A DNA stretch of 64,000 bases from a virus (lineage: Duplodnaviria; Caudoviricetes): the IMG/VR virus record IMGVR_UViG_3300025867_000005, one strand, 5' to 3'. This document shows, in pieces, positions 9,577 through 19,252 of the stretch (within the stretch, counting starts at the first letter, position 1; every line of letters begins with the position of its first letter). The position numbers were made by a program, and so were the translations under genes. The notes under the pieces were generated by a model. It was not told the origin of the DNA, did no database searches, and was given only the letters and a program-made list of their open reading frames with translations.

Positions 9577-10481
9577 TGAATTCATTTGAAGGGATTAACG
9601 TCCTAAGCTTATTTGACGGAATGAGTTGCGGACAGTTGGCACTTAAACGTATCGGAATCATTCCTGACAACTATTTTGCAAGTGAAATCAAGACTGATGG
9701 AATTTCGGTCACTATGTCTAACTTCCCGAATACTAAACAAGTAGGAGATGTCACCAAGCTTGACGGTAAGAGTCTTGGTAAGATTGACCTTCTTATCGGT
9801 GGGAGCCCTTGTCAGGATCTGTCAATTGCGACGCATGACAGAACGGGTCTGTCAGGAATTAAGTCGAAGCTTTTCTACGAATATGTCAGGCTTCTTAAAG
9901 AGACGAATCCGACCTATTTCCTTCTTGAAAACGTCGTGATGAAGCCACAGTGGGTTAAAACTATCAGCCTTTACCTGAAGACAGTGGAACCCCACAGGAT
10001 CAATTCTGATTTGGTAAGCGCTCAAAATAGGCCAAGACTTTATTGGACGAATCTTATCGCCACTGAAATTCAAGACAAGAGGATTGCTCTCAAAGACATC
10101 CTTACTGACTTTCCTAAACGTTGCTACCGTTGGCTAAGCAAGGTACAATTACAGAAGCTAGAGAACAAAGGATACCGTTATCAAAGCATGTACCGGGTTC
10201 TAAGCCCTGAAGAAAAGGCTGGATGTGTAAGCGCAAGCGGGTTCTGTAATAGCCAAGACAACAAAGTCAGGATCGGAGATGGAATCAGATATCTTACCAA
10301 TGAAGAAAACGAAAGGCTTCAGACTCTGCCATATGGCTATACTAGCGGCATTCCAGAATCAAAAAGGAAACACTGTATCGGCAATGGATGGACGGTGGAT
10401 GTCATCGCCGAATTCTTTAAGAAAATCGGGATGGAAGTCTATAAACAAGAAGAAATGTTCAGACTTGAAGAACTGAACTAA
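9576..10481 (+). CDS. DNA (cytosine-5) methyltransferase, tandem paralogue
   Basis: LSLFDGMSCG, GGSPCQ, ENV, QNRPRLYW, IGNGWTV. Confidence 0.9.
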   Translation: MNSFEGINVLSLFDGMSCGQLALKRIGIIPDNYFASEIKTDGISVTMSNFPNTKQVGDVTKLDGKSLGKIDLLIGGSPCQDLSIATHDRTGLSGIKSKLFYEYVRLLKETNPTYFLLENVVMKPQWVKTISLYLKTVEPHRINSDLVSAQNRPRLYWTNLIATEIQDKRIALKDILTDFPKRCYRWLSKVQLQKLENKGYRYQSMYRVLSPEEKAGCVSASGFCNSQDNKVRIGDGIRYLTNEENERLQTLPYGYTSGIPESKRKHCIGNGWTVDVIAEFFKKIGMEVYKQEEMFRLEELN

Positions 10482-10493
10482 ACGAGGAATAAA

Positions 10494-11537
10494 ATGATCA
10501 AAACTACACCTCTATATTCTTTTTCAGATATCGTGATGTTACCAGCGGATGTGTCTCGTGTTTTAAGCAGAAGCCAGTGTAACGTATATCTGCCGAACGG
10601 GAAGTTGCCATTGATTACGGCCCCCATGTTCAGCGTAATCAACGAAAACAATGCGTCGCTGTTTGTCAGCAATGCCATTCATGCTTGTTTGCCAAGGACA
10701 AGCAGGGATAAGTGGCTTGGAAAAACAGAAGAATGGATGATTCAAAGCTACGGGATGGATGAGTTTTTGTCCGTCATTCAGGAATGGAAGGATGACAAGG
10801 AAAAGCATTATGCCCTTATTGACATCGCCAACGGCCACATGCGAAAACTTATGGATGCCGTTAGGGAAGCAAAAACCAAGCTAGGCGACAGGTTATGGCT
10901 AATGGTTGGAAATGTTGCTCTACCTGAAACTTACGTGATTCTCTCGCAAGACGGAGCGGATGCCGTACGTTTGGGTATCGGGACTGGGAACGCATGCATC
11001 ACAAGCTGCAATTCTAGTATTCACTATCCATTAGTTTCTCTAATCGAAAGTTGTTACCGTGAAAAGATCCGTTTGGGATTGAATTCAGAAATCATCGCTG
11101 ATGGAGGCTTTAGCAATTTCGACCAGATTATCAAGGCAATCGGATTGGGAGCCGATAAGGTAATGTGTGGAAATCTTTTCAACAGGGCACTACAAAGCGC
11201 AGGGAAAACTACCGTTAAGGGAACCGATTGCGTAGTTGACCAGTATTCAGAGGAAATCAAACAGGCTTTCAAGAACGGTCTGGAACTCGAAAAAGAGTAT
11301 TACGGAATGTCCACGAAGAGGGCTCAGCGGGAAATGGGACATGAAACCCTTAAGACGAGTGAAGGCATTGTCAAGATTAATCGCGTAGAATACACATTAG
11401 GACAGTGGACGGAAAACTTTAAGCACTACCTTTCGACAGCTATGTCTTATACAGGAAAAACAAATTTGAATGATTTCCGTGGTAGGGTTGATTTTAATGT
11501 CGTTACACCACAGGCATTTCAGGCGTTTATAAAGTAA
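10494..11537 (+). CDS. guaC: GMP reductase / IMPDH-family protein
   Basis: ITAPM, IDIANGH, GIGTGNACIT (catalytic Cys), IIADGG, YYGMST, SEG; no CBS domains. Confidence 0.8.
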   Translation: MIKTTPLYSFSDIVMLPADVSRVLSRSQCNVYLPNGKLPLITAPMFSVINENNASLFVSNAIHACLPRTSRDKWLGKTEEWMIQSYGMDEFLSVIQEWKDDKEKHYALIDIANGHMRKLMDAVREAKTKLGDRLWLMVGNVALPETYVILSQDGADAVRLGIGTGNACITSCNSSIHYPLVSLIESCYREKIRLGLNSEIIADGGFSNFDQIIKAIGLGADKVMCGNLFNRALQSAGKTTVKGTDCVVDQYSEEIKQAFKNGLELEKEYYGMSTKRAQREMGHETLKTSEGIVKINRVEYTLGQWTENFKHYLSTAMSYTGKTNLNDFRGRVDFNVVTPQAFQAFIK

Positions 11538-11547
11538 GGAAAAATCT

Positions 11548-11874
11548 ATGCAGGTGATAATTCGTGAACAGAAGAACATCTTTGAATACATGGAAAAGTA
11601 TTTGAAAGAAGCGAAACTTTTAGTCGGACGGAAGAGAATTGATTTTGTCTTTCTGGAACTGAGTCTTCCTAATACCTGCACTTTAGTTATTGATGGAGAA
11701 GAATTCGAAACCACTAGAAGATTCTATTACAGAGAGGGAAAGTGTTTTTATGACATCTTTTGTTGGTTGGCGGATGAACTCCATTCGGAAATAAGAGCTT
11801 TCCCGAATGATTTTACAATTGAAGAAATGAATGCGTTTATCCTGTTACACGGGATGAAGGAGAAAGATTTATGA
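11548..11874 (+). CDS. Hypothetical protein
   Basis: RBS; part of an overlapping gene chain. Confidence 0.6.
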   Translation: MQVIIREQKNIFEYMEKYLKEAKLLVGRKRIDFVFLELSLPNTCTLVIDGEEFETTRRFYYREGKCFYDIFCWLADELHSEIRAFPNDFTIEEMNAFILLHGMKEKDL

Positions 11875-12080
11875 CATGCAGCGAGTGTAATTCCGAAATC
11901 CCCAATGAGAAAGAGACGCATATGGAAAACGGAGATGTCCTGTGTCCAAAATGTCTTCTATCAGAAAGCGAAGACGAAGTTAAAAAGATTACCTCTTCAA
12001 TTTGTTCCGGACAGTGCCGTGAAGAAGAAGAATTCCGTGAAATAGAATTTATCATTCAAAGGAACGTAAGAGTTTTATGA
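11871..12080 (+). CDS. Small Zn-finger-like protein
   Basis: CSEC...CPKC; ATGA overlap. Confidence 0.55.
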   Translation: MTCSECNSEIPNEKETHMENGDVLCPKCLLSESEDEVKKITSSICSGQCREEEEFREIEFIIQRNVRVL

Positions 12081-12322
12081 CTGACACAATGACACCGAAA
12101 CAGTTTGCGTTGAATAGGCTTTATCGGCTGTTGTCTTATTCGGGGATTAAAAAAGAAGTTTTCTTGAAAGAAAACAGGATAGAGTCTATAGAACAGCAAA
12201 CAGGTCTTGACTTCGCGGAAACAATGTGTTTGGTATCAGACAGGCTAGATATCGACGTAGATTATTTCTTCGACAGATTCAGACTTGAAAAAGGAGAAGC
12301 GAAATGGACATTCAAAGCGTAA
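12077..12322 (+). CDS. Hypothetical protein (possibly HTH-like)
   Basis: ATGA overlap; C-terminal LDIDVDYFF resembles the end of an XRE HTH. Confidence 0.5.
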   Translation: MTDTMTPKQFALNRLYRLLSYSGIKKEVFLKENRIESIEQQTGLDFAETMCLVSDRLDIDVDYFFDRFRLEKGEAKWTFKA

Positions 12323-12600
12323 GCTGGGAAAGATTCAACGAAATCGTTAAATCAGCAGATCAAATTCTTGTTACCTCAAACTTGTTTGCATGTGGTGAAG
12401 AAGAATACCGTTTTTGGACTTTCTTAGACAATTTCAGCGATAATGTTGAACTTCAATTCATGGCGACGGACAATGATGAATTTTTCATCATCGGAAAACA
12501 GGAAGTTTCTTATGACGGGGATTACTATTCCTGTAAATGTGATGATTCAGTATTCAAGATGAAGTTCAACAAAGTTACGACAACCCCGATTCTCCCTTAA
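12304..12600 (+). CDS. Hypothetical protein
   Basis: aggag RBS. Confidence 0.6.
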   Translation: MDIQSVSWERFNEIVKSADQILVTSNLFACGEEEYRFWTFLDNFSDNVELQFMATDNDEFFIIGKQEVSYDGDYYSCKCDDSVFKMKFNKVTTTPILP

Positions 12601-12604
12601 AAAA

Positions 12605-12820
12605 ATGGAAAACCAAATAACTATAGCGGACTTGATCAAACATCTTCAGACCTTCCCTCAAGATGTACCCATATTCTGGTATCATGATGAAAGCGGAACT
12701 TACGGTCAAAGAATAGAAATGCCAGGCAAATTTGAAGATGTCAAGTGGAATGAAAAATGGAATTGCTGGCGGGATGCTTTTGAAGAGAGTTCCAGCACGA
12801 AAAAGGTTTTTGTAATATGA
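12605..12820 (+). CDS. Hypothetical phage protein
   Basis: TIADLIKHLQTFPQD start, typical of small phage proteins. Confidence 0.6.
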   Translation: MENQITIADLIKHLQTFPQDVPIFWYHDESGTYGQRIEMPGKFEDVKWNEKWNCWRDAFEESSSTKKVFVI

Positions 12821-13368
12821 GACCCAAGTGGACGGCGCAGCAAGTTGAAATCGCCGTTATCAATCATTTTAATCCAAGAAGAAACCTTATAGTCTCAAAT
12901 GTCAGTTGGGGCTTGTTCGCTTATCATGAGGCCGATCTAGTTATCCTTTCTCCATATAACTGTGGAACAGAAGTTGAAATCAAGGTAACTGCGGCTGATA
13001 TCAAAGCAGACCTTAAGAAAAGACACGGGCATAAGGAAGAAATAATCAGAGATGTCTGGTTCGCCGTACCAGAAGAATTGGCCGATGATCCTAACATCCC
13101 TTCTTATGCAGGCATCATAGCCGTCAAGAAGTGGAAAACTAGAAGTGGTAAACAAAGGTATTCTTGTGTCAGGAAAAGGTTGCCGGTAAAGAACAAAGAT
13201 TTTCGCAAGTTTACAGAAGCAGAAAGGCAGAAGCTTCTCAGACTCGGTTGTCTAAGGATTGTCGGACTGAAAGAAAAGCTGGATGACAAGTCTAACAAAA
13301 TTGATGAACTTAAACAGCGTATCCGGGAGCTTGAACTAAAGAAGGAGACAAAATATTTTGAAGACTGA
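12817..13368 (+). CDS. MmcB-like PD-(D/E)XK nuclease-fold protein
   Basis: EADLVIL...EVEIKVTAADIKAD..K.H; WFAVP. Confidence 0.6.
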   Translation: MRPKWTAQQVEIAVINHFNPRRNLIVSNVSWGLFAYHEADLVILSPYNCGTEVEIKVTAADIKADLKKRHGHKEEIIRDVWFAVPEELADDPNIPSYAGIIAVKKWKTRSGKQRYSCVRKRLPVKNKDFRKFTEAERQKLLRLGCLRIVGLKEKLDDKSNKIDELKQRIRELELKKETKYFED

Positions 13369-13684
13369 AAGAGACAGGATGTTCCAGGTTGATTCTAAAA
13401 TCAGACAGAACAAACTGGATGATAAGACACGTAGGGAAAACAGAAACCGTAAAGTAAGTTATCTATTGACAGACAAGGTTGAATGTAGGATTGAAGTCTT
13501 AGACGGAATTTGTGAAGAAGGAAAAGAAGAAACAAGAATCTGGGGAAGTCAAATTGTTTTGGAAACGGATGAAGGAACGATTACAACAGTTGTCCGTGGA
13601 AAGACAAAGAATAGCGCAGAAGTTCTGACCCGTACTTTCTTAGACAAAATGGGCGTAAGGTACAAAATCACGAGAGGAAGTTAG
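13358..13684 (+). CDS. Hypothetical protein
   Basis: TTG start with aggag RBS. Confidence 0.5.
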   Translation: MKTERDRMFQVDSKIRQNKLDDKTRRENRNRKVSYLLTDKVECRIEVLDGICEEGKEETRIWGSQIVLETDEGTITTVVRGKTKNSAEVLTRTFLDKMGVRYKITRGS

Positions 13685-13687
13685 AAT

Positions 13688-14341
13688 ATGTCAAACGGTT
13701 TATTCATTTCATTCGAAGGGCCGGAAGGCGGCGGTAAATCCACCATGCTGAAGAGAACAGCAGAATGGCTAATTGGACAGGGTAAGGAAGTTCTTTGCAC
13801 TAGAGAACCTGGAGGGACGAAACTCGGGGATTATATCCGCGACATGCTGAAACATGACAGCTGCGGTGAAAGTCCTACAAATGCTACTGAAGTTCTTCTT
13901 TTCCTTGCGAGTAGGGCGCAGCATGTAGACACCGTGATTGAACCTGCTTTGCTGACAGGGAAGATTGTCCTGTGTGACAGATTTGAAGATAGCACATTCG
14001 CCTATCAGAGTTACGCGAGAGGGTATGATTTGGGGGTGTTGCAAAATCTTAATTCTTTCGCCACGTCTGGGTTCTCACCAAGCATCGTTCTGATCTTTGA
14101 TATCGGTTTGGAAGATTCTCTAAAAAGGATGAAAAAGCGTCAAGCCATTACAGAAACGACAGCAGACAGAATCGAAATGGCCGGAAATGATTTTCACCAG
14201 AAGGTCAGAAACGGTTTTCTAAGCCTTCAGAAGGAAGATCCAGAACATAAATTCTTGATTGATGCAAGCCTTGAAGAAGAATTGGTTTGGGAACAAGTCA
14301 AAAAAGTCCTTACGGATAAAATACAACACAGGAGTCACTGA
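13688..14341 (+). CDS. tmk: Thymidylate kinase
   Basis: FISFEGPEGGGKST, TREPGGT, LLFLASRAQ, CDRFEDSTFAYQ, DRIE. Confidence 0.95.
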   Translation: MSNGLFISFEGPEGGGKSTMLKRTAEWLIGQGKEVLCTREPGGTKLGDYIRDMLKHDSCGESPTNATEVLLFLASRAQHVDTVIEPALLTGKIVLCDRFEDSTFAYQSYARGYDLGVLQNLNSFATSGFSPSIVLIFDIGLEDSLKRMKKRQAITETTADRIEMAGNDFHQKVRNGFLSLQKEDPEHKFLIDASLEEELVWEQVKKVLTDKIQHRSH

Positions 14342-14716
14342 AATGAGTGAAGATAATGAAGGTTTCTTAAAGATGTCCCATAGTTTGACTATCACTGTGG
14401 ATGGAAGAGTTGTCTTACATTCATCTATCGGAAGCAATCCTGATACCGAAAGCCAGCTTTGCGAAGTTCTTGAAGAACTGATTGCTTTCATGAAAGCGCC
14501 AAAAACGGAAATAACTAACCTTTAACGCGCCTTCGTCGATTCGTTATTATTTTTAGAAAAGGAGAACAAGAATGAAAACTAGAAACATGAAAGTGCTGGA
14601 ATTAACTGATGAAGATGTCGTGCCTAAACGGAATAACATTCAGGTTTCAGAATCAGGGAAACAGGAATCAGAAGCGGAAGTTATTCTTTTCAAAGGATAC
14701 GTACTGAAGAACGTAT

Positions 14717-14986
14717 ATGGACCTAGAAGCGTTTACCCGGCGATGGCATAATCTATTAAACAAGGGAACAGACATGGAAATTACAACAAAAAACGGATGG
14801 AAGCTTGAAATCAATGATAGCCAAGAAGCTAAAGACGAAGTTTTCCAGATCATTATTGATTGGATTAAAAAGTATGATGCTTTCAGTTGGGAAACGATTG
14901 GGCAAGACGATGACTGTCAAATATATGCCATAGACTGTCTCGGGCCTATTGTAGACAAGATTGTCAAAATGAAAGAATCAGACTAG
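14717..14986 (+). CDS. Hypothetical protein
   Basis: ORF track; start uncertain. Confidence 0.5.
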   Translation: MDLEAFTRRWHNLLNKGTDMEITTKNGWKLEINDSQEAKDEVFQIIIDWIKKYDAFSWETIGQDDDCQIYAIDCLGPIVDKIVKMKESD

Positions 14987-15003
14987 TCTTGGATAATTGA
15001 ATG

Positions 15004-15045
15004 AAAAGTGGGATCGGTGTAAAAGCTGGTCCCACTTTCTATTTT
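15004..15045 (+). terminator. Intrinsic terminator upstream of the dnaE catalytic gene
   Basis: aaagtgggatcgg / ctggtcccacttt stem plus T tract. Confidence 0.6.
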
Positions 15046-15065
15046 CAGAGAGACAAGGAAACATT

Positions 15066-17549
15066 ATGAAATACCCAAACATCGAGACGATTAAGCAGAT
15101 TTGCGATCCGTTGGTTTCAGGACTAGGTAATGACTATCAGCAAAGATACAATGATGAACTTAAGGATTTGAAAAAGTGGGTTTTGTTTGTTCAGACAGAC
15201 AAGGCTAAAGAAATCCTTGAAATGAGAAACAATCCACCTAGCGAAACCAACAAGTCTGGAAGTCTGATCCTTTGGCTTTTGGGGATAAGCAGTGTTGACC
15301 CTATAAAAAACGGGATTCCTACCGCAATGAAGAAATTCGGCAAGGCGGACCCTCCTGATATCGACATGGATTTGATGCCGGATGTCAGAAATGAAGTCAA
15401 AGCTTTCCTTGTGGAAAAATTCGGGCAGTCTCGCGTCTGTAGCGTCGGCACCGTAGGCACCTACAAGACGAAGAACGTTATCCTGGACGTTGCTAGGGCG
15501 CTTGGATTGGACGTTAAAGAAGCGATGGAAGTTACGAAGAATCTTGATGCGGAAATCGGTGGAGAAGAAGATGGTGACGAAGACACAAAGCTTGACAAAG
15601 CAGGGTTTGATGAAATCTGCAAGGCACAGTCGGAACTTGCCAATTACTTTGAAAAATATCCTGAAGTGAGGGAACATGCTGAAATATTGAGGAATCAGGC
15701 TAAGAATTTCGGGACACATGCCGGAGGCGTAATCATTTCAAATCTTGATTTGACGGAGAAAATCCCTGTATATCGGGACAAAGAAGGTCGTGTCGTCAGC
15801 TCTTGGTCGGAAAGCGGAGAAAAACAGGAATTGTCCAGCCAGGGCTATATAAAATTTGACGTTTTAGGCCTTTCTAACTTGCCGATTATTAATGATACTA
15901 TACGTTTGATTAAGGAAAACCGTGGGATTGATATCCACAGGAAAGACATTCCGATTGATGATCATGAATCTATCAAGATGGGAACCCGTGGGGAGCTTCT
16001 AGGAATCTTCCAATTTGAGAACCCGTATACTAAAAAGATCGCCGACAAGGTAGGATGTGATAGTTTGGGAGATATTGCCGCTATTACGTCATTGATTCGC
16101 CCTGGACCTAAAGATGTCGGTCTAGATGTCGAATATGCTGAGCGTAAGAGCGGGAAAGAATATGATAAGAACGTCATCCTTGATAAAGTGATGGGAAACA
16201 CATACGGGGTTTTAACTTATCAGGAACAGCTACAATTGCTTGCAATCCATATGGCGGGAATGACTCCATTGGAAGCCAACAGACTCAGGAAGGGCGCGTC
16301 TAAGAAGAAAAAAGACATCATGGATGAACTAAAGCCGAAGTTCATTCAGGGATCTATCGAAAAGTGTGTCAAAACCGGAATCATGACGGAAGAACAGGTC
16401 AACAAAATTTGGGACATGATCGAATCAACAGCGTCTTATAGCTTCAACAAAAGTCACGCTTACGCATATTCCGCCATTACTACAACAGAAATATGGTTAA
16501 GATATCATTACTTCTATGAGTATATGACAGCTTTGCTTCAGAACAGTGATCCGAAGAAGGAAAAATTCGGGACCACGATCTTTGACAAGTATGTTAAATT
16601 CGCGATAGACAAGGGGATGGTTGTCCACAAGCCAAGCATTAATGAATCCCGTGTTGAATTCCGTCTTGAAGGTAATGACCTTTGGTATGCCCTTGGACAT
16701 GTAAAGAATGTCAGCAACAGCGCCCGCGCGATTGTCAAACACCAACCTTATGCAAGTCTGGAGGACTTCTATAATCGCTGTACGGTTGAAGTCGGGACGG
16801 AAGGTAAAACAAGAAGACCGAATACCAGAGTCGTAGAAAGTCTAATCTACGCAGGAGCCTTTGATTGTTTCGGAGACAGAGAAACGGTTTTCAAGAATTT
16901 CTATGAATTAACTGACAGGGTGGAGAAATGGAAACTACCGAAAGCTCATCCTTGTCTAAAAGCAGGTATCGGACATGTTGAGATTCTACCTGAAGGTGTG
17001 GAGATCAGTGCCTCTAATCTTTCGAAAAATCTTTGCAAGATCCGTAAGACGAAATCCGTTGTTGTCGATCAAGAGATAGAAAGCCGTAGGGTGTTGAATT
17101 ATGACAGCACACTGAAATACATTGATCTTCCGGCATTGGATCAAAAGACCTTAGATGAGATGGAGAAGGAAATGCTAAGCGTCAGGCTTTCGGACAACAT
17201 CTATTCGAAATACAGGAAACAGACAAGGGAAGTCAAGGGGCTTTGCAGCTATACGACAGCAAAGCTGGAAACAGAGAAAACCAGAATTAAAGTTCTGGGT
17301 GAAATCATGGGGATCAAAGAAGTCAATTTCAAATCAGGAAGTCAGGGGTTGAGGGTCTATATCAGTGACGGAAACAAAGAAATGAATTTCCTTGTGTTTT
17401 CAAGTGCCGTCATGCTTTTCAAAGACCATTTCCAAGAAGGAGATATTGCCGTCATTCCGTTGCGTAATTTCGGGCAGGATTCTGAAGACAAAACATTCAG
17501 ATTCTATGATGATAGAGAAACGGGATTCGTTTTGAAAAGGGAAGACTGA
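15066..17549 (+). CDS. dnaE: DnaE piece 3: catalytic palm/thumb/fingers, HhH and OB-like C-terminus; no PHP domain
   Basis: PPDIDMD, GTHAGGVII, KFDVLGL, GIFQFE, RPGP, TYGVLTYQEQL, YSFNKSHAYAY, PSINES, LIYAGAFD. ATG at 15066 after aagga RBS. Confidence 0.94.
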   Translation: MKYPNIETIKQICDPLVSGLGNDYQQRYNDELKDLKKWVLFVQTDKAKEILEMRNNPPSETNKSGSLILWLLGISSVDPIKNGIPTAMKKFGKADPPDIDMDLMPDVRNEVKAFLVEKFGQSRVCSVGTVGTYKTKNVILDVARALGLDVKEAMEVTKNLDAEIGGEEDGDEDTKLDKAGFDEICKAQSELANYFEKYPEVREHAEILRNQAKNFGTHAGGVIISNLDLTEKIPVYRDKEGRVVSSWSESGEKQELSSQGYIKFDVLGLSNLPIINDTIRLIKENRGIDIHRKDIPIDDHESIKMGTRGELLGIFQFENPYTKKIADKVGCDSLGDIAAITSLIRPGPKDVGLDVEYAERKSGKEYDKNVILDKVMGNTYGVLTYQEQLQLLAIHMAGMTPLEANRLRKGASKKKKDIMDELKPKFIQGSIEKCVKTGIMTEEQVNKIWDMIESTASYSFNKSHAYAYSAITTTEIWLRYHYFYEYMTALLQNSDPKKEKFGTTIFDKYVKFAIDKGMVVHKPSINESRVEFRLEGNDLWYALGHVKNVSNSARAIVKHQPYASLEDFYNRCTVEVGTEGKTRRPNTRVVESLIYAGAFDCFGDRETVFKNFYELTDRVEKWKLPKAHPCLKAGIGHVEILPEGVEISASNLSKNLCKIRKTKSVVVDQEIESRRVLNYDSTLKYIDLPALDQKTLDEMEKEMLSVRLSDNIYSKYRKQTREVKGLCSYTTAKLETEKTRIKVLGEIMGIKEVNFKSGSQGLRVYISDGNKEMNFLVFSSAVMLFKDHFQEGDIAVIPLRNFGQDSEDKTFRFYDDRETGFVLKRED

Positions 17550-18991
17550 TGCCGAAACAAAGAATTTACATAGAAGAAATTGAACTTGAGAATTTTGAGA
17601 GCCACGAATACACGGTTTTTAAGAATTTCAGTCAGGGTTTCAACTGTATCGCCGGATTGTCTGATGTCGGGAAAACAAGTGTAATCCGTGCGATCAAGCT
17701 TTGTGCCTATAATTGCTTTGACCAAAAGATGGTAAGGGTCGGTGCTGAGTTTTGTAGGGTTAAAATAACTACTAATATCGGAAGCGTGGAAGTTAAAAAA
17801 GGTCCTGGTTGTAATTTGTGGGTGATCAAGAGAAAAGACACCGTTGGGGAAATCAAACTGGACAAGGTGGGCAAAGCAGAAGTCAAACAGGCATGTGATG
17901 TTCTCGGAATGAAAATAATCACGCTTGGGGAGACAGAAGTGCCGATCAATATTATGGATCAGTTGGAACGGCATTTCTTTATTGACGGAATCGGAGATAA
18001 GAAGACGACTGGTTCCAGCAGGGCAGAAATCATCGATGAAATCTGCGGGCTTAACGGAGCCGAAGAATTGATAAGGGCAATCAGCCTAGACCAATATCGT
18101 TTGACAAGGGAAATCACTGAAGCCGAAAACAGGATGAAAGAACTTGAAGGGAAGATATATAGCGAGACTGACATTTTGCGGGATCAGATGCTTCTTGCCA
18201 AAGTGGAAAAGCTTGAAGAAGAAATCGGTTCTTGCGAATCGAATATTTCCTTCATGAATCAGTTATTTTCTTCATATGAAGAAAAGACAAATGAAATTTC
18301 TTCTCTTTTCTCCAAGATTGATGGAATCCAGATAATTTGTCGTGCTGAAGCATTATTGACGGAACTCATAGAAAACTTGTCTGTATACCGTAAAATAGAA
18401 GCTTTATGGAATACATATTCTCAATCATTGCAGAAGATTGAAGAACTGAAAAAATCTGTTTCCGACATGCCGGATATAGATGAAACACTTCTTGCTGATG
18501 TTAGGGATTCGACTTCAAAAAGGATACGGGTTTCTTCTTTGTTCGAAAAGTATACAGCGGATAATGAGAAGATTCAGGAAATTTCCTTTAAGTTGTCAGG
18601 GATGCCGGATATTGAAAGTCTGACAGATTGGACAATCAAAGATGATATTTTGTCTTCCCGGAAACTAGGTGAAGCCTTTAGGAAATATGAAGACTTGTTG
18701 TTGAAACTAGCTGACGTGAATACAAGACTACTTTCTGTAGATGTTGTGGAAGCCGCCGAAAACCATATCCGTGGTTTGGGTTTGGTTTCTGACAGGCAAA
18801 AGCTTTCTGGCTATTTGGATTCATACGGCATGATGTGCGGCAAGCTAAAATCCCTTCTTGGAGACTTGTCAAAAACAGAAGAAAACCTTTGTAATGCGGA
18901 AAACAAACTTAAGGAAATCTATCGTGATATTACGATATGCCCGGTGACAAAACTTCCTATAGGGAACACATGCAGCTTAGTCGGTAAATGA
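17549..18991 (+). CDS. SbcC/Rad50-like ATPase, N-terminal half only
   Basis: LENFESH, Walker A GLSDVGKTS, Q-loop (MDQ), long coiled coil ending at CPVT; no signature or Walker B. Confidence 0.8.
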   Translation: MPKQRIYIEEIELENFESHEYTVFKNFSQGFNCIAGLSDVGKTSVIRAIKLCAYNCFDQKMVRVGAEFCRVKITTNIGSVEVKKGPGCNLWVIKRKDTVGEIKLDKVGKAEVKQACDVLGMKIITLGETEVPINIMDQLERHFFIDGIGDKKTTGSSRAEIIDEICGLNGAEELIRAISLDQYRLTREITEAENRMKELEGKIYSETDILRDQMLLAKVEKLEEEIGSCESNISFMNQLFSSYEEKTNEISSLFSKIDGIQIICRAEALLTELIENLSVYRKIEALWNTYSQSLQKIEELKKSVSDMPDIDETLLADVRDSTSKRIRVSSLFEKYTADNEKIQEISFKLSGMPDIESLTDWTIKDDILSSRKLGEAFRKYEDLLLKLADVNTRLLSVDVVEAAENHIRGLGLVSDRQKLSGYLDSYGMMCGKLKSLLGDLSKTEENLCNAENKLKEIYRDITICPVTKLPIGNTCSLVGK

Positions 18992-19009
18992 AAAATAAGG
19001 AATTAACAA

Positions 19010-19252
19010 ATGGACGCACAAGCCACACTTAAAGAAATCGAAGCCTTTCAGAAGCAAGTTGATTCTCTGAAACAACTTAAAAGCAGGATGGAAGGAGAAA
19101 AAGAAAGTCTTCTCAAGCAACAGCAGGATTTGGAGAAGCAGGCTATAGATGAAACCGGAAGTCCGATAACTGATTTTCCTAAGATGATAAAAGAGTACGA
19201 TGAAAAGATTCAGGAACGTCTGGAAGCCTTAAGGAAACTGTTGAACAAATGA
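19010..19252 (+). CDS. Small coiled-coil protein
   Basis: Heptad-rich 80 aa ORF with RBS. Confidence 0.65.
   Translation: MDAQATLKEIEAFQKQVDSLKQLKSRMEGEKESLLKQQQDLEKQAIDETGSPITDFPKMIKEYDEKIQERLEALRKLLNK

Noticed and set aside
16430-16470. Intein at the cyanobacterial split-DnaE site (Y|xFNKSH)
   Set aside because: The sequence reads SYSFNKSHA uninterrupted. The split here is at GRG|S instead.
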